Of a DNA stretch of 64,000 bases, positions 19,516 to 29,055 are shown piece by piece. The DNA is from a virus: IMG/VR virus record IMGVR_UViG_3300034166_000560. One strand, written 5' to 3'. The notes under the pieces were generated by a model. It saw nothing but the letters and a program-made list of their open reading frames with translations. It had not been told where the DNA came from and made no database searches. Positions within the stretch are counted from its first letter, which is position 1. Every line of letters begins with the position of its first letter. The position numbers and the translations under genes are program-made.

Positions 19516-20516
19516 TGAAGGGGTTTGAAGAAAACGAAATTTCCGAAAAGGCGTTTGGTGGTACAGAGATTGCCAAGCGTAAGTTGGCAGAGATTCTACC
19601 AGAAGATTTGCTCGAGAATTTCCAGATTATCTGTTCACGTCCTCGTGATCTAGACGAAAGCAAGATTCGTTTATTCTGGTGTCATGATCTTCCAGAAGAT
19701 CCAGAGTCTGCTAAGTTCCGTGACGCTAATTGGCGTTCTAAGTTTCATAAGTTTATCTTTATTTCTAACTGGCAGTATCAACGCTATCAGTTAGTGCATG
19801 GACTACCTTATGATCAGAATTCTCTAATTCTAGAATCAGGTATTGTTCCTGCTCCTGAAACTTGTTTTGATAAGCCAGACGACAAGATTCGTTTAGTATA
19901 CACATCAACTCCACAACGTGGTCTTGATATTCTTGTTCATGTATTCAAGGAGCTAGCAGAGAAGCATCCAGATATTCACCTTGATGTATTCTCTTCGTTT
20001 AAGATTTATGGTTGGGATGATGCTGACAAGCAGTTCGAACCGTTGTACGACGAGATTCGTAATCATCCACAAATGACATATCATGGATTCGTTCCGAATG
20101 AACAACTCAAAGAGCACCTTAACAAGTCTCATATCTTCGCTTACCCCTCTATTTGGACAGAGACATCCTGCCGAGCCATGCTCGAAGCTATGTCCGCTGG
20201 TTTGGTTTGTGTTCATCCTAATCTTGGCGCTCTACCGGAATCTTCCGGTGGGTTAAACGTAATGTTCCAGGGTGATCTTACTAACATTAATAATCATGCA
20301 GCTGCCTTTGCTGGTAATCTAAACGCTGCTATTGATTTTGTTAGAACAAAGAACCACGACAAGATGATTCGCTTTAACAAAATCTTTGTTGACAGCCGTT
20401 ACAATATCGATTATGTTAAGACTCGTTGGCAAGCAAATCTAGAAAAGCTACTTGCTCATTATCCCGACGAGGAATCAAGAAAGTTTCCAAAGGAAATGTT
20501 TACTTACAAGGCATAA
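19515..20516 (+). CDS. GT4-family glycosyltransferase
   Basis: GGTE, YTSTPQRGL, YPSIWTETSC..MLEAM. Confidence 0.85.
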   Translation: MKGFEENEISEKAFGGTEIAKRKLAEILPEDLLENFQIICSRPRDLDESKIRLFWCHDLPEDPESAKFRDANWRSKFHKFIFISNWQYQRYQLVHGLPYDQNSLILESGIVPAPETCFDKPDDKIRLVYTSTPQRGLDILVHVFKELAEKHPDIHLDVFSSFKIYGWDDADKQFEPLYDEIRNHPQMTYHGFVPNEQLKEHLNKSHIFAYPSIWTETSCRAMLEAMSAGLVCVHPNLGALPESSGGLNVMFQGDLTNINNHAAAFAGNLNAAIDFVRTKNHDKMIRFNKIFVDSRYNIDYVKTRWQANLEKLLAHYPDEESRKFPKEMFTYKA

Positions 20517-20520
20517 TGAA

Positions 20521-21510
20521 ATGATTCTAACAAAGACTCCGCTACGTGTATCGTTCTTTAGTGGAGGAAGTGATATGCCGTCCTTCTATGAACAGGAGGA
20601 CGGCGCTGCTCTCTCCGTCACCATCAACAAATTCATTTACGTATTTGCTCATAAGGTTCCACATATGGGAGTGCGTTGTATGTATGATGACGTTGAAGAG
20701 CAACATGATATCGAACAGATGCAGCATGCAATCACTCGTGAGACTTTGAAGTATTATGACATCAAAAAGGAGATGACCGTTGCTTCAATATCTGATATTG
20801 TTACTAAGGGTTCTGGCCTTGGTAGCTCTTCTGCTTTTACAGTGGGTCTTGTTAAAGCATTATCTACCACAAAATACGATAACAGCACACGTAAATATGT
20901 TGCCGACATTGCATGTCAGATAGAAATGGAAAGGTGTGGCTATCCTGTTGGTAAGCAGGATCAGTACGCTGCAGCTTGGGGTGGGTTTAATCTATTCCGT
21001 TTCCGTAAGAATGGTGAAGTAGAAGTTGAAGAACTTAGACTAACCAATCCTAATGTAATGGCTCTTGAAAAGAATCTAATGCTTGTTTATTCTGGCAGAA
21101 GTAGAAATGCTAATAACATTCTACAGAAGCAACAGAAGGCGATGCTAGATGCAGATAAGTTCAACAAGGTTAAACGATCAAAGGATAAAGCATTCGAAGC
21201 ATTGAACTTAATCCACAAGGGAAAGATCGATGACTTCGGTAGACTGTTACACGAGTCTTGGATTGATAAGAAGGGTGTCTGTGAAGAAATTACGCAGGAC
21301 TATTTCGACGAGATCTATCAGACAGCTATAGATGCAGGCGCTCTTGGTGGTAAGCTACTCGGTGCTGGTGGTGGAGGATTCTTTATCTTCTACGTTCCAG
21401 AAAAAAGTAGAACAAAGGTTGAGGGAGCGATCTCTACCAAACACAAAGATTGTAGGATCTATGACTTCGAGTTCTACGGGTCTGGATCTCATATGGTCTA
21501 TACTAATTAA
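20521..21510 (+). CDS. hddA: D-glycero-alpha-D-manno-heptose-7-phosphate kinase (GHMP)
   Basis: TPLRVSF.SGGSD, GSGLGSSS, GKQDQY, GGKLLGAGGGGF. Confidence 0.85.
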   Translation: MILTKTPLRVSFFSGGSDMPSFYEQEDGAALSVTINKFIYVFAHKVPHMGVRCMYDDVEEQHDIEQMQHAITRETLKYYDIKKEMTVASISDIVTKGSGLGSSSAFTVGLVKALSTTKYDNSTRKYVADIACQIEMERCGYPVGKQDQYAAAWGGFNLFRFRKNGEVEVEELRLTNPNVMALEKNLMLVYSGRSRNANNILQKQQKAMLDADKFNKVKRSKDKAFEALNLIHKGKIDDFGRLLHESWIDKKGVCEEITQDYFDEIYQTAIDAGALGGKLLGAGGGGFFIFYVPEKSRTKVEGAISTKHKDCRIYDFEFYGSGSHMVYTN

Positions 21511-21519
21511 TAAATACTG

Positions 21520-21548
21520 TTGACATTTTAGTCAAGATAAGGTATTAT
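21520..21548 (+). promoter_or_regulatory. Sigma70-type promoter
   Basis: TTGACA-17nt-TATTAT. Confidence 0.65.
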
Positions 21549-21551
21549 AAT

Positions 21552-21953
21552 TTGTCTGATAGTTCGAACAACGTTATATCTTTTCCAAAGTCTAACAAGA
21601 AGATTGTTATGGCAGCGGAGACTGTAGAACATATTCATAACAATCTCGAGATGATGAAACATTATCACATTCAAGAGACAATTCTTAATATGGCGCCAAT
21701 CCTTTTCAACCAGTTAGACATCGCAGGTTTTGGAATGACCGACGATGAAGACGAGGATGTAAGGGATGGCGCTTTTATTGTTGAAGCATTAAGAGCAGTT
21801 ATGTGTAAGTATTATGGTATCTACCATCCGTTCCAAACAATCATCGAGAATATCTTCGAAGATAAATTAACCGAAGAAGGTTCTTATAAGATTGTGGATT
21901 ATCTAGAATTAGATCTAACTGAACCAGAAGAAACAGAAACTGAAACCGAATAG
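21552..21953 (+). CDS. Conserved hypothetical protein
   Basis: NVISFPK N-terminus; IYHPFQ; start uncertain. Confidence 0.55.
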   Translation: MSDSSNNVISFPKSNKKIVMAAETVEHIHNNLEMMKHYHIQETILNMAPILFNQLDIAGFGMTDDEDEDVRDGAFIVEALRAVMCKYYGIYHPFQTIIENIFEDKLTEEGSYKIVDYLELDLTEPEETETETE

Positions 21954-21960
21954 GTGATTT

Positions 21961-22818
21961 GTGATTATTGTTGACTTGAATCAGGTTATGTTATCCAATC
22001 TACTCATGCAGCTTGGTAATCATACCAATGCTCAAGTAGAAGAAAATATGGTTCGCCATATGATCTTAAACTCTCTCCGTTCTTATAAGGTAAAGTTCGG
22101 CGACGAATATGGCGAGATGGTTATCGCTTGCGACAATACCAACTACTGGCGTAAGCAGCGCTTCCCTTACTATAAAGCTAATCGTAAAAAGAATATTGAG
22201 GCTTCTGAGCTTAATTGGAAGAGCATTTTCGAATGCATGAATAAGATTCGTGCAGAGCTAAAAGAGTATTTCCCCTACCGAGTTCTTGATGTAGAGTCCG
22301 CAGAGGCTGACGATATTATCGCAACTCTTGTCTCTAAATTCGGTACAGAACTAAATACTGGCGAGAAGATTCTAATTCTTTCTGGTGACAAGGACTTCAT
22401 TCAGTTGCATGTTTATGCCAACGTAGAACAGTATGACCCCACCCGTAAGAAGTGGATTAAACATGATGATCCAGAACGATATCTACACGAACATATTCTA
22501 AAGGGAGATGCAGGAGATGGTATTCCTAATGTTCTTTCTCCTGATAATGTTTTTGTTGTGGGTGATCGCCAGCGACCCCTGACAGCAAAGAAGCTAGAAA
22601 AGATTATGGGCACAGACCTAGAAGAAATGGATACTACTCTTGCCCGAAATTATTCTCGTAATGCTAACCTTATTGATCTCAGTTTTACCCCAGATACTAT
22701 TCGTGAGAAAGTTATGGAACAATACAATGCTCAAGAAGGACGTGATCGCAGTAAACTACTAAATTACTTTATCGCAAACAAACTAAAAAATCTAACTGAC
22801 CACTTGAGTGAGTTCTAA
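21961..22818 (+). CDS. rnh: T4-like RNase H (5' nuclease)
   Basis: YWRK..FPYYKANR, EADDIIA, SGDKDF.QL, GDAGDGIPN. Confidence 0.93.
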   Translation: MIIVDLNQVMLSNLLMQLGNHTNAQVEENMVRHMILNSLRSYKVKFGDEYGEMVIACDNTNYWRKQRFPYYKANRKKNIEASELNWKSIFECMNKIRAELKEYFPYRVLDVESAEADDIIATLVSKFGTELNTGEKILILSGDKDFIQLHVYANVEQYDPTRKKWIKHDDPERYLHEHILKGDAGDGIPNVLSPDNVFVVGDRQRPLTAKKLEKIMGTDLEEMDTTLARNYSRNANLIDLSFTPDTIREKVMEQYNAQEGRDRSKLLNYFIANKLKNLTDHLSEF

Positions 22819-22828
22819 GGAGAAAATA

Positions 22829-23248
22829 ATGGCTGTTCTCGGCATGTATGAATTTTTACATCGTGTATCTAAACTAAAAAAGACACAAGAAAAAGTAGAC
22901 AATCTAAAAGCTAATGATACATTCGCACTAAGAATTATTCTTCAAGCTGCGTTTGACCCATCTATTAAGTTCCTTCTCCCAGAAGGCGAGCCTCCATATA
23001 AGCCAACCGAAGTAGTTGATCAGCAGCATGTGCTCCACAGAGAAGCAGAAAAGCTACGTTACTTCGTAGAAGGTTTCTATCCAGACCTCAACCAGAATAA
23101 GCGAGAGATGATGTTCATTGAAATGCTTGAACGTGTAGATCCTCTCGATGCAAAACTTCTAGTCGCAATCAAGGACAAGAAGATGCCATTCCCTGGCATT
23201 ACAATCGGACATGTTAAAGAAGCACTACCAGGATTAATCGCAGAATGA
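22829..23248 (+). CDS. Conserved T4-like hypothetical protein
   Basis: FDPSIKF.LPEGEPPYK...KREMMFIEMLE. Confidence 0.65.
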   Translation: MAVLGMYEFLHRVSKLKKTQEKVDNLKANDTFALRIILQAAFDPSIKFLLPEGEPPYKPTEVVDQQHVLHREAEKLRYFVEGFYPDLNQNKREMMFIEMLERVDPLDAKLLVAIKDKKMPFPGITIGHVKEALPGLIAE

Positions 23249-24251
23249 GTAAGTCAGCATTAAAGAAGTTCAAGAAGAATGATTATTCAGACCGTGACGA
23301 GTATCATGATGATCCTCGTGAACGTGAGAACAAGCGCAAGGCAAAGCGTGAACAACGTGCGCTAAAGACAAAAGATATTTCTTCTCTTGTCGAGGAAGAT
23401 TATGAATCTGGTGATGATTACCAGTTTATTTGGAATCAGGAAACTGACTAATGCCTATCTATAAGCTACGCAATACGCAGACTGAAGAAGAATGGGAAGA
23501 GCTAATTTCTATCTCTGAGATGGAACAGAAGTTAGCCGATCATCCTCATGTCGAACTTCTTATCAATGGAGCACCTATGGTTACTGGAACCATGGGAAAG
23601 AACACTCCCATGAAGACTAAGTATAAGGACTCTACTTCAGTAAAGAAACCTGTTCTAGATGCTACAAGTTATTCAGGAAACTAAATCAATGGATCCTTTA
23701 CAGTTTTGTTATTGGCTGCAAGGTTTTGCAGAATTAAACAGTGGCACACCACCAAACGATATGCAGTGGAAAGCTATTAGAGATCATCTAGCAACAGTCT
23801 TTAATAAGGTTACTCCATCATATCCTGGACTTGGTCCTGATTGGCAAAAGGAAATCATTAAAGATTGGAAGCCTAATCCAAGTTCTGCTCCAGAAAATCC
23901 ATATCCAAATAGAATAAATTTGCCACCTGTTTGGTATGGTCCAAATGTATCGCCTCCAACTACCCCATATACGGTTACTTGTAATAACTCAACAATGAGT
24001 ATTTGCTAATGCCTACATATAAGTTTTTAAATAATGAGACTGGCGAAGAATATGAGGACTTCATGAGCATCAGTGCACTTGAAGTTTACCTTGAAGAGAA
24101 TCCAAATGTAACACAACTCGTAAATGGCGCTCCTATGATCCATTCTGGCAGAGGCATGGGTAAACCCGATCAGGGTTTCCGTGATCTGCTTAAACATATG
24201 AAGAAGGGAAACCAAAAAGGTATTTCGAGGAGCACTATTAACACATTCTAG
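23245..24251 (+). CDS. Small hypothetical ORFs incl. two paralogous FmdB-like proteins (23451-23684, 24009-24251)
   Basis: Both paralogs MP.YK..N..T.EE.E...SIS..E..L...P.V..L.NGAPM. Confidence 0.55.
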
Positions 24252-24261
24252 TAGAGGAAAA

Positions 24262-25023
24262 ATGGAAGAAGAAACAAGAACACGTCGATTAACTCGCAAA
24301 GAAAAAAGACTTCTTCGTCAACAAGGTAAAGAACCAAAGGAAAATTACCAAGAGAAATTAAATTTTAATCTAAAACATTTTCATCCTCTTACAGAGAATC
24401 AGAAATTAGCATTTGATTCTTTTGATGACGATAAAAATCTAATGCTACATGGTATTGCTGGTACTGGTAAATCCTTTATGGCATTATACCTTTCTTTGAA
24501 ACAGATCCTCAGCGATCCAGAATGTATCTATAAGAAAGTTGTTATTGTAAGATCTGTTGTTCCTACTAGAGATATGGGATTCCTTCCTGGTAGTGACAGA
24601 GAAAAGACTAAAGTTTATGAAGCGCCTTACTATGCCATCTGTACCGAGTTGTTCGGTAGAGGTGATGCATACGAGTATCTAAAGAAGAGAAACGTAGTTG
24701 AGTTTATCTCTACTTCTTTTATCAGAGGCATTACACTCAACGATTGTATTGTCGTTGTTGATGAGATGCAGAATGCTACTCTTCACGAGTTGGATTCTGT
24801 TATTACTCGTATTGGTCACAACTGTAAGGTAGTATTCTGCGGAGACTTCAGACAGTCAGACTTCACAAGAGAACACGAGAAGAGCGGTCTAACCGACTTC
24901 ATGAGAGTGGTTCGCTCTATGAAATCTTTTGATCTAGTAGAATTCGAAGCCAAAGATATTGTTCGTTCTGCTCTTGTTAAAGAATACATCATCCTTAAAG
25001 ACAAGATGAGAATTATAACGTAG
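24262..25023 (+). CDS. phoH: PhoH-like ATPase
   Basis: GIAGTGKS, GFLPG, FIRGITL, VDEMQN, GDFRQSD, IVRS. Confidence 0.93.
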   Translation: MEEETRTRRLTRKEKRLLRQQGKEPKENYQEKLNFNLKHFHPLTENQKLAFDSFDDDKNLMLHGIAGTGKSFMALYLSLKQILSDPECIYKKVVIVRSVVPTRDMGFLPGSDREKTKVYEAPYYAICTELFGRGDAYEYLKKRNVVEFISTSFIRGITLNDCIVVVDEMQNATLHELDSVITRIGHNCKVVFCGDFRQSDFTREHEKSGLTDFMRVVRSMKSFDLVEFEAKDIVRSALVKEYIILKDKMRIIT

Positions 25024-25031
25024 GAGGAGTT

Positions 25032-25775
25032 GTGTCAAAAGATAAAAAGAAAAGTTATCGTTCGATCTTTATATCTGATGTGCACCTTGGAACCCGTCAC
25101 TCTAACGCAAAATTGTTATTAGAATTTTTAAAAGAAACAGAAGCCGACAGATATTATCTTGTTGGTGATATCATTGATGGCTGGATGATGCGCAAAAACG
25201 TTTACTGGCCACAAGAACATAACGAAGTCGTGCAATTCTTTTTAAAACAGTCAAAGAAATCTGTTGAAGTTATTTTTGTCATAGGTAACCATGATGAGTT
25301 CCTTCGTGAATATTCGGGAACCGAGATGGGTAATATTAAACTGGTTAACGAAGTAATACATCATGGAGAAAATAATAAAAAATATCTAGTCATACATGGC
25401 GATCAGTTCGACCTTGTCACTAAAAACGCAAGATGGTTAGCATATATTGGCGGCTGGATGTATGATCGAATGATTGACATAAACCGTTATTTACAATGGG
25501 TTTATAATGCTCTTAACATAAATGGTTTCTCTCTATCTGCTTGGGCGAAATCTAATGTCAAAGAAGCAGTAAACTTCATTGGAGACTACGAAAAGGTAGT
25601 TGCCGATGCAGCCAAAAGGAGATGCGTCGATGGGGTTATTTGCGGTCATATACATTCTGTTAATATATCTACTATTGATGGTATTGAATACGTAAACTGC
25701 GGTGACTGGGTGGAATCCTGCACTGCCATTGTTGAACATTACAATGGTAAATTTGAGATCATAAGGAAACTATAA
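25032..25775 (+). CDS. PlcP/LpxH-like metallophosphoesterase
   Basis: SDVHLG, GDIIDGW, YWPQEHN, GNHDEFLR, HGDQFD, CGHIH, NCGDWVESCTA. Confidence 0.8.
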   Translation: MSKDKKKSYRSIFISDVHLGTRHSNAKLLLEFLKETEADRYYLVGDIIDGWMMRKNVYWPQEHNEVVQFFLKQSKKSVEVIFVIGNHDEFLREYSGTEMGNIKLVNEVIHHGENNKKYLVIHGDQFDLVTKNARWLAYIGGWMYDRMIDINRYLQWVYNALNINGFSLSAWAKSNVKEAVNFIGDYEKVVADAAKRRCVDGVICGHIHSVNISTIDGIEYVNCGDWVESCTAIVEHYNGKFEIIRKL

Positions 25776-26761
25776 TGAATATTACTATTTTTACTGATGC
25801 TTGGGATCCGCAGATCAATGGCGTTGTCACTACGCTGAAGACAACGATCAAGCATCTCGAATCACGAGGTCACGTAGTGAAGGTGATTCATCCTGGTCTC
25901 TATAAACTAACGATACCACTACAACCATCTACTGGCATTTTTATGCCAGTTTTGCCCATGGGTATTGCTGATGAAGAAGTAAAGAATGCTGACAAGATTC
26001 ACATCTCAACAGAAGGAGCCATAGGTCTTGCCGCTAGATATAGCTGTAAAAAATACAAGAAGTCTTTTACAACTTCCTTTCACACTAAGTATCCGGAATA
26101 CGTTAAGATACATACTGGTATTTCACCAAGAGTTAGCGGTGAGTATTTTCGTTGGTTCCATAGAGACAGCAGTGCTGTTATGGTTACAACCCCCAGTATG
26201 GTTGATTACTGTAAAGAATTGGGTATCAAACATCTAAAGATTTGGTCACGTGGCGTTGATACAAAACTGTTCCATCCAATTTACCCAAAGCCAAAGTCCG
26301 AACATATCTCGGCTGTATATTGCGGTAGAATATCAGCCGAGAAAAATTTAGAAGCATTTCTTTCTATCAATAATCCGTCAATCAGCAAAACTCTTATTGG
26401 CGATGGACCACAATTAGAAGAATACAAATCTAAATATCCAGAAGCTATCTTTCTCGGTAAGATGAACGCTAAACAAATTGCTGCAGAACTACCAAAGCAT
26501 GACGTGTTTGCTTGGCCTTCTCTAACAGACACTTTTGGTTTAGTGGTGTTAGAAGGAATGGCATGCGGATTACCTGTAGCAGCATTTAGAAATGATGTCA
26601 ACGAATATATCATAGACGAAAAGTCAGGTGCGTTGATGGATTGGGATTTTGAAGAAGGTATATTGGTCGCCAAAACACTAAAACCAGAGGACGCTGTTGC
26701 TCGTGCAGCTAAATTCTCTTGGGAAGCGGCGACAGATCAGTTCTTGGAGAACCTATCATGA
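25775..26761 (+). CDS. GT4 glycosyltransferase (Agt-like glycolipid synthase)
   Basis: TDAWDPQINGVVTTL, FTTSFHTKYPEY, WSRGVD, TDTFGLVVLE. Confidence 0.8.
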   Translation: MNITIFTDAWDPQINGVVTTLKTTIKHLESRGHVVKVIHPGLYKLTIPLQPSTGIFMPVLPMGIADEEVKNADKIHISTEGAIGLAARYSCKKYKKSFTTSFHTKYPEYVKIHTGISPRVSGEYFRWFHRDSSAVMVTTPSMVDYCKELGIKHLKIWSRGVDTKLFHPIYPKPKSEHISAVYCGRISAEKNLEAFLSINNPSISKTLIGDGPQLEEYKSKYPEAIFLGKMNAKQIAAELPKHDVFAWPSLTDTFGLVVLEGMACGLPVAAFRNDVNEYIIDEKSGALMDWDFEEGILVAKTLKPEDAVARAAKFSWEAATDQFLENLS

Positions 26762-27468
26762 CAGAAGCAAAAGACATTATCAAAGCATGGGACTATTGGC
26801 CAGCGCCGCCAATAGATAAGATTGCTAAGTTCCATTACATCGATGTCGGTAGAGAACCAGACACCAATCTAACTGCTACAATGCCAGATATGCATTCTTG
26901 GTTTGCTTGGGATCAGAGCAGTCAGTCTATTTTATATGTCGATTATGACAAGGATATGAAATGGAAAGACACTTGGTATCTACGTTACAAACTTGGTTAT
27001 GGTATTGCTGAATGGCGAGACGATAATATCGTTGATAAAGAAAGTATCTTTACTAAGATCTTTGGAAACAGAAACAAGATTGTATTCCAAGATAAGAATC
27101 CTATATGGTGGGGCAACTATTGCGAGATTGGTAAAGAATATGAGAACAATCCTAGGTCAGACTTCTTTGCTTGTTCGCCACCACAGTTACTAAATGGTAT
27201 ACAGTCTTTCGTTTATGAGAGAAAGATTGATAAGTGGACCAATGCATTCGGCGAAACATATAAAGACGTCGTCACATTAGTGTATCAACAAGCATGGGGA
27301 TCTAAGGTTGGTGGTGCCAGATATTGGATGGCCAGAGGTATTGGCCCCGTAGCAGTTCAGTGGATCTCAACCGTTAAAGAAGCGTCTGGAAATAAGATAT
27401 ATATAACTAATAGAATGGATGCGAAATATAGAATGGAAAACGGATTTGCGAAAGATATTCAAACATAA
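26758..27468 (+). CDS. Hypothetical Trp-rich protein
   Basis: ATGA-coupled ORF. Confidence 0.55.
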   Translation: MTEAKDIIKAWDYWPAPPIDKIAKFHYIDVGREPDTNLTATMPDMHSWFAWDQSSQSILYVDYDKDMKWKDTWYLRYKLGYGIAEWRDDNIVDKESIFTKIFGNRNKIVFQDKNPIWWGNYCEIGKEYENNPRSDFFACSPPQLLNGIQSFVYERKIDKWTNAFGETYKDVVTLVYQQAWGSKVGGARYWMARGIGPVAVQWISTVKEASGNKIYITNRMDAKYRMENGFAKDIQT

Positions 27469-28105
27469 TATAGTCCCAGAAGTAGATATTACTACTGAGA
27501 CTATTGACGGTAAAAGATATTATGTGTTACCGAATGGACAAAAGTTTCGTTCGGTAACTACTGTATTAGATTCAGCCCTAGACAAAACTGCACTAATGGA
27601 GTGGAAGAAACGTGTCGGTCACGAAGAAGCTCAAAAGATTACTGTCCAAGCTGCTCGTCGTGGAACCGCCGTACATTCCATCGCAGAGCGTTATGTCCTC
27701 AATGAAGAGAATTATCTTCGGGGTGCTATGCCTTCTGGAATTGATTCTTTTAAAGGTATTCAATCGCTCTTAGACAAACACGTCGATAACATTCTTGGTA
27801 TCGAGTTGCCTTTATATTCTGTTGCCATGAGAACTGCTGGGCGCTGCGATCTTATTGCAGAGTTTAATGGTATACCTTCTGTGATTGATTTCAAAACAAG
27901 TCGTAAAACAAAAAAGGAGGAGTGGATTGAATCCTACTTCCTCCAGACAACTTGTTACTCGATGATGTTCGAATGGATCTATAAAATAAAAATCCCGCAG
28001 ATCGCAATACTAATAGCAGTGGACAACGAGCAGCCACAACTATTTGTAAAGGATCGTGCGGAATATGTTAATAGAGTATTAGAGATCTTTACACAACCTA
28101 CATAG
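27419..28105 (+). CDS. PD-(D/E)xK (Cas4-like) exonuclease
   Basis: SVTTVL, RGTAVH, AGRCD, IDFKTS, YFLQ..Y. Confidence 0.85.
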   Translation: MRNIEWKTDLRKIFKHNIVPEVDITTETIDGKRYYVLPNGQKFRSVTTVLDSALDKTALMEWKKRVGHEEAQKITVQAARRGTAVHSIAERYVLNEENYLRGAMPSGIDSFKGIQSLLDKHVDNILGIELPLYSVAMRTAGRCDLIAEFNGIPSVIDFKTSRKTKKEEWIESYFLQTTCYSMMFEWIYKIKIPQIAILIAVDNEQPQLFVKDRAEYVNRVLEIFTQPT

Positions 28106-28508
28106 AGCCGTAGGCGTTTTCTTCTTCGAGAGAGAATACTGTTCTCTTAATACCAAAGTGTTCGATCGCTTTCTGGCACCCCGGACAAGGTTCGGCCAGT
28201 CCACTTACCCACCCAGTGTCTCCCTTGTTTTGTTTCTTAACACGGTAGACATATAGGGTGGCATCTTTTAGATCATCTTCTTCGACAACTTTCAATGCTT
28301 TGATAATACAATCCACCTCTGCGTGTTTAAAGATCGCATCGATATTCTTTGCGAACCTTTTCTGCAGAGGATGGGATTTATCTGAGTTGAAACCGACAGA
28401 GATAATCTCGTTACGAAGAACGAGACACGCTGCCAGTTTCATCTTCATATTATTGGAAGTAGCTAGTCTACGGACAAAGTCCATATATTTCTTATCACGA
28501 GAACTCAT
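28098..28508 (-). CDS. Cytidine/dCMP deaminase-like protein
   Basis: HAE...PCPGC zinc motif. Confidence 0.8.
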   Translation of the reverse strand: MSSRDKKYMDFVRRLATSNNMKMKLAACLVLRNEIISVGFNSDKSHPLQKRFAKNIDAIFKHAEVDCIIKALKVVEEDDLKDATLYVYRVKKQNKGDTGWVSGLAEPCPGCQKAIEHFGIKRTVFSLEEENAYGSM

Positions 28509-29055
28509 CTGAGTATCCTAGATTACGAAAGTCTCGGGCGTAGATCTTTCGAACCATATCCACGCTTTCCGAATCATAATCATTATTATACTCTTCTTTT
28601 GAATAAGAGCCAACGTTTATTTTTGGTATACGAATGTTTAGATCTACCTCGAGCTCCCAGAGCTCTTCGTATCTGTAGATCTTATCCATCTCTGTTATAT
28701 CTTCTTCAAAGATATAAAAAGATTGATCGTATTTCATAAGAGGAGTTTTCTCGGTAACTTCTCCTACCATAATCATGGACAAAAAGTTTTTAAAAGATAT
28801 TTGTATTTGATTGAATCGCAAAAAATGATGATAATAACTATACGCTCTTGTGAAGGGATTTCTTACGACAGAGAACTTGAAGACTTCTGGAGTAATGTTA
28901 TTATTAAGTTTGAGAACATGATAAGGATCGTGACCGATATGCCATGTTCTTAACCATGGTTGTTCTCTAAGTTGAGACCTGATAGCGATGCCACCAGTCT
29001 TAGGTATATGAACAAAGAGAAGAGGGGGAAGATCCCCCTCTACATTAGTAATCAT
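28495..29055 (-). CDS. Sulfotransferase-family protein
   Basis: FVHIPKTGG; VRNPF.RAYS.Y. Confidence 0.8.
   Translation of the reverse strand: MITNVEGDLPPLLFVHIPKTGGIAIRSQLREQPWLRTWHIGHDPYHVLKLNNNITPEVFKFSVVRNPFTRAYSYYHHFLRFNQIQISFKNFLSMIMVGEVTEKTPLMKYDQSFYIFEEDITEMDKIYRYEELWELEVDLNIRIPKINVGSYSKEEYNNDYDSESVDMVRKIYARDFRNLGYSDEFS

Noticed and set aside
27419-28105. Cas4 as sign of a CRISPR-Cas system
   Set aside because: Standalone PD-(D/E)xK exonuclease common in T4-like phages; no other cas genes.
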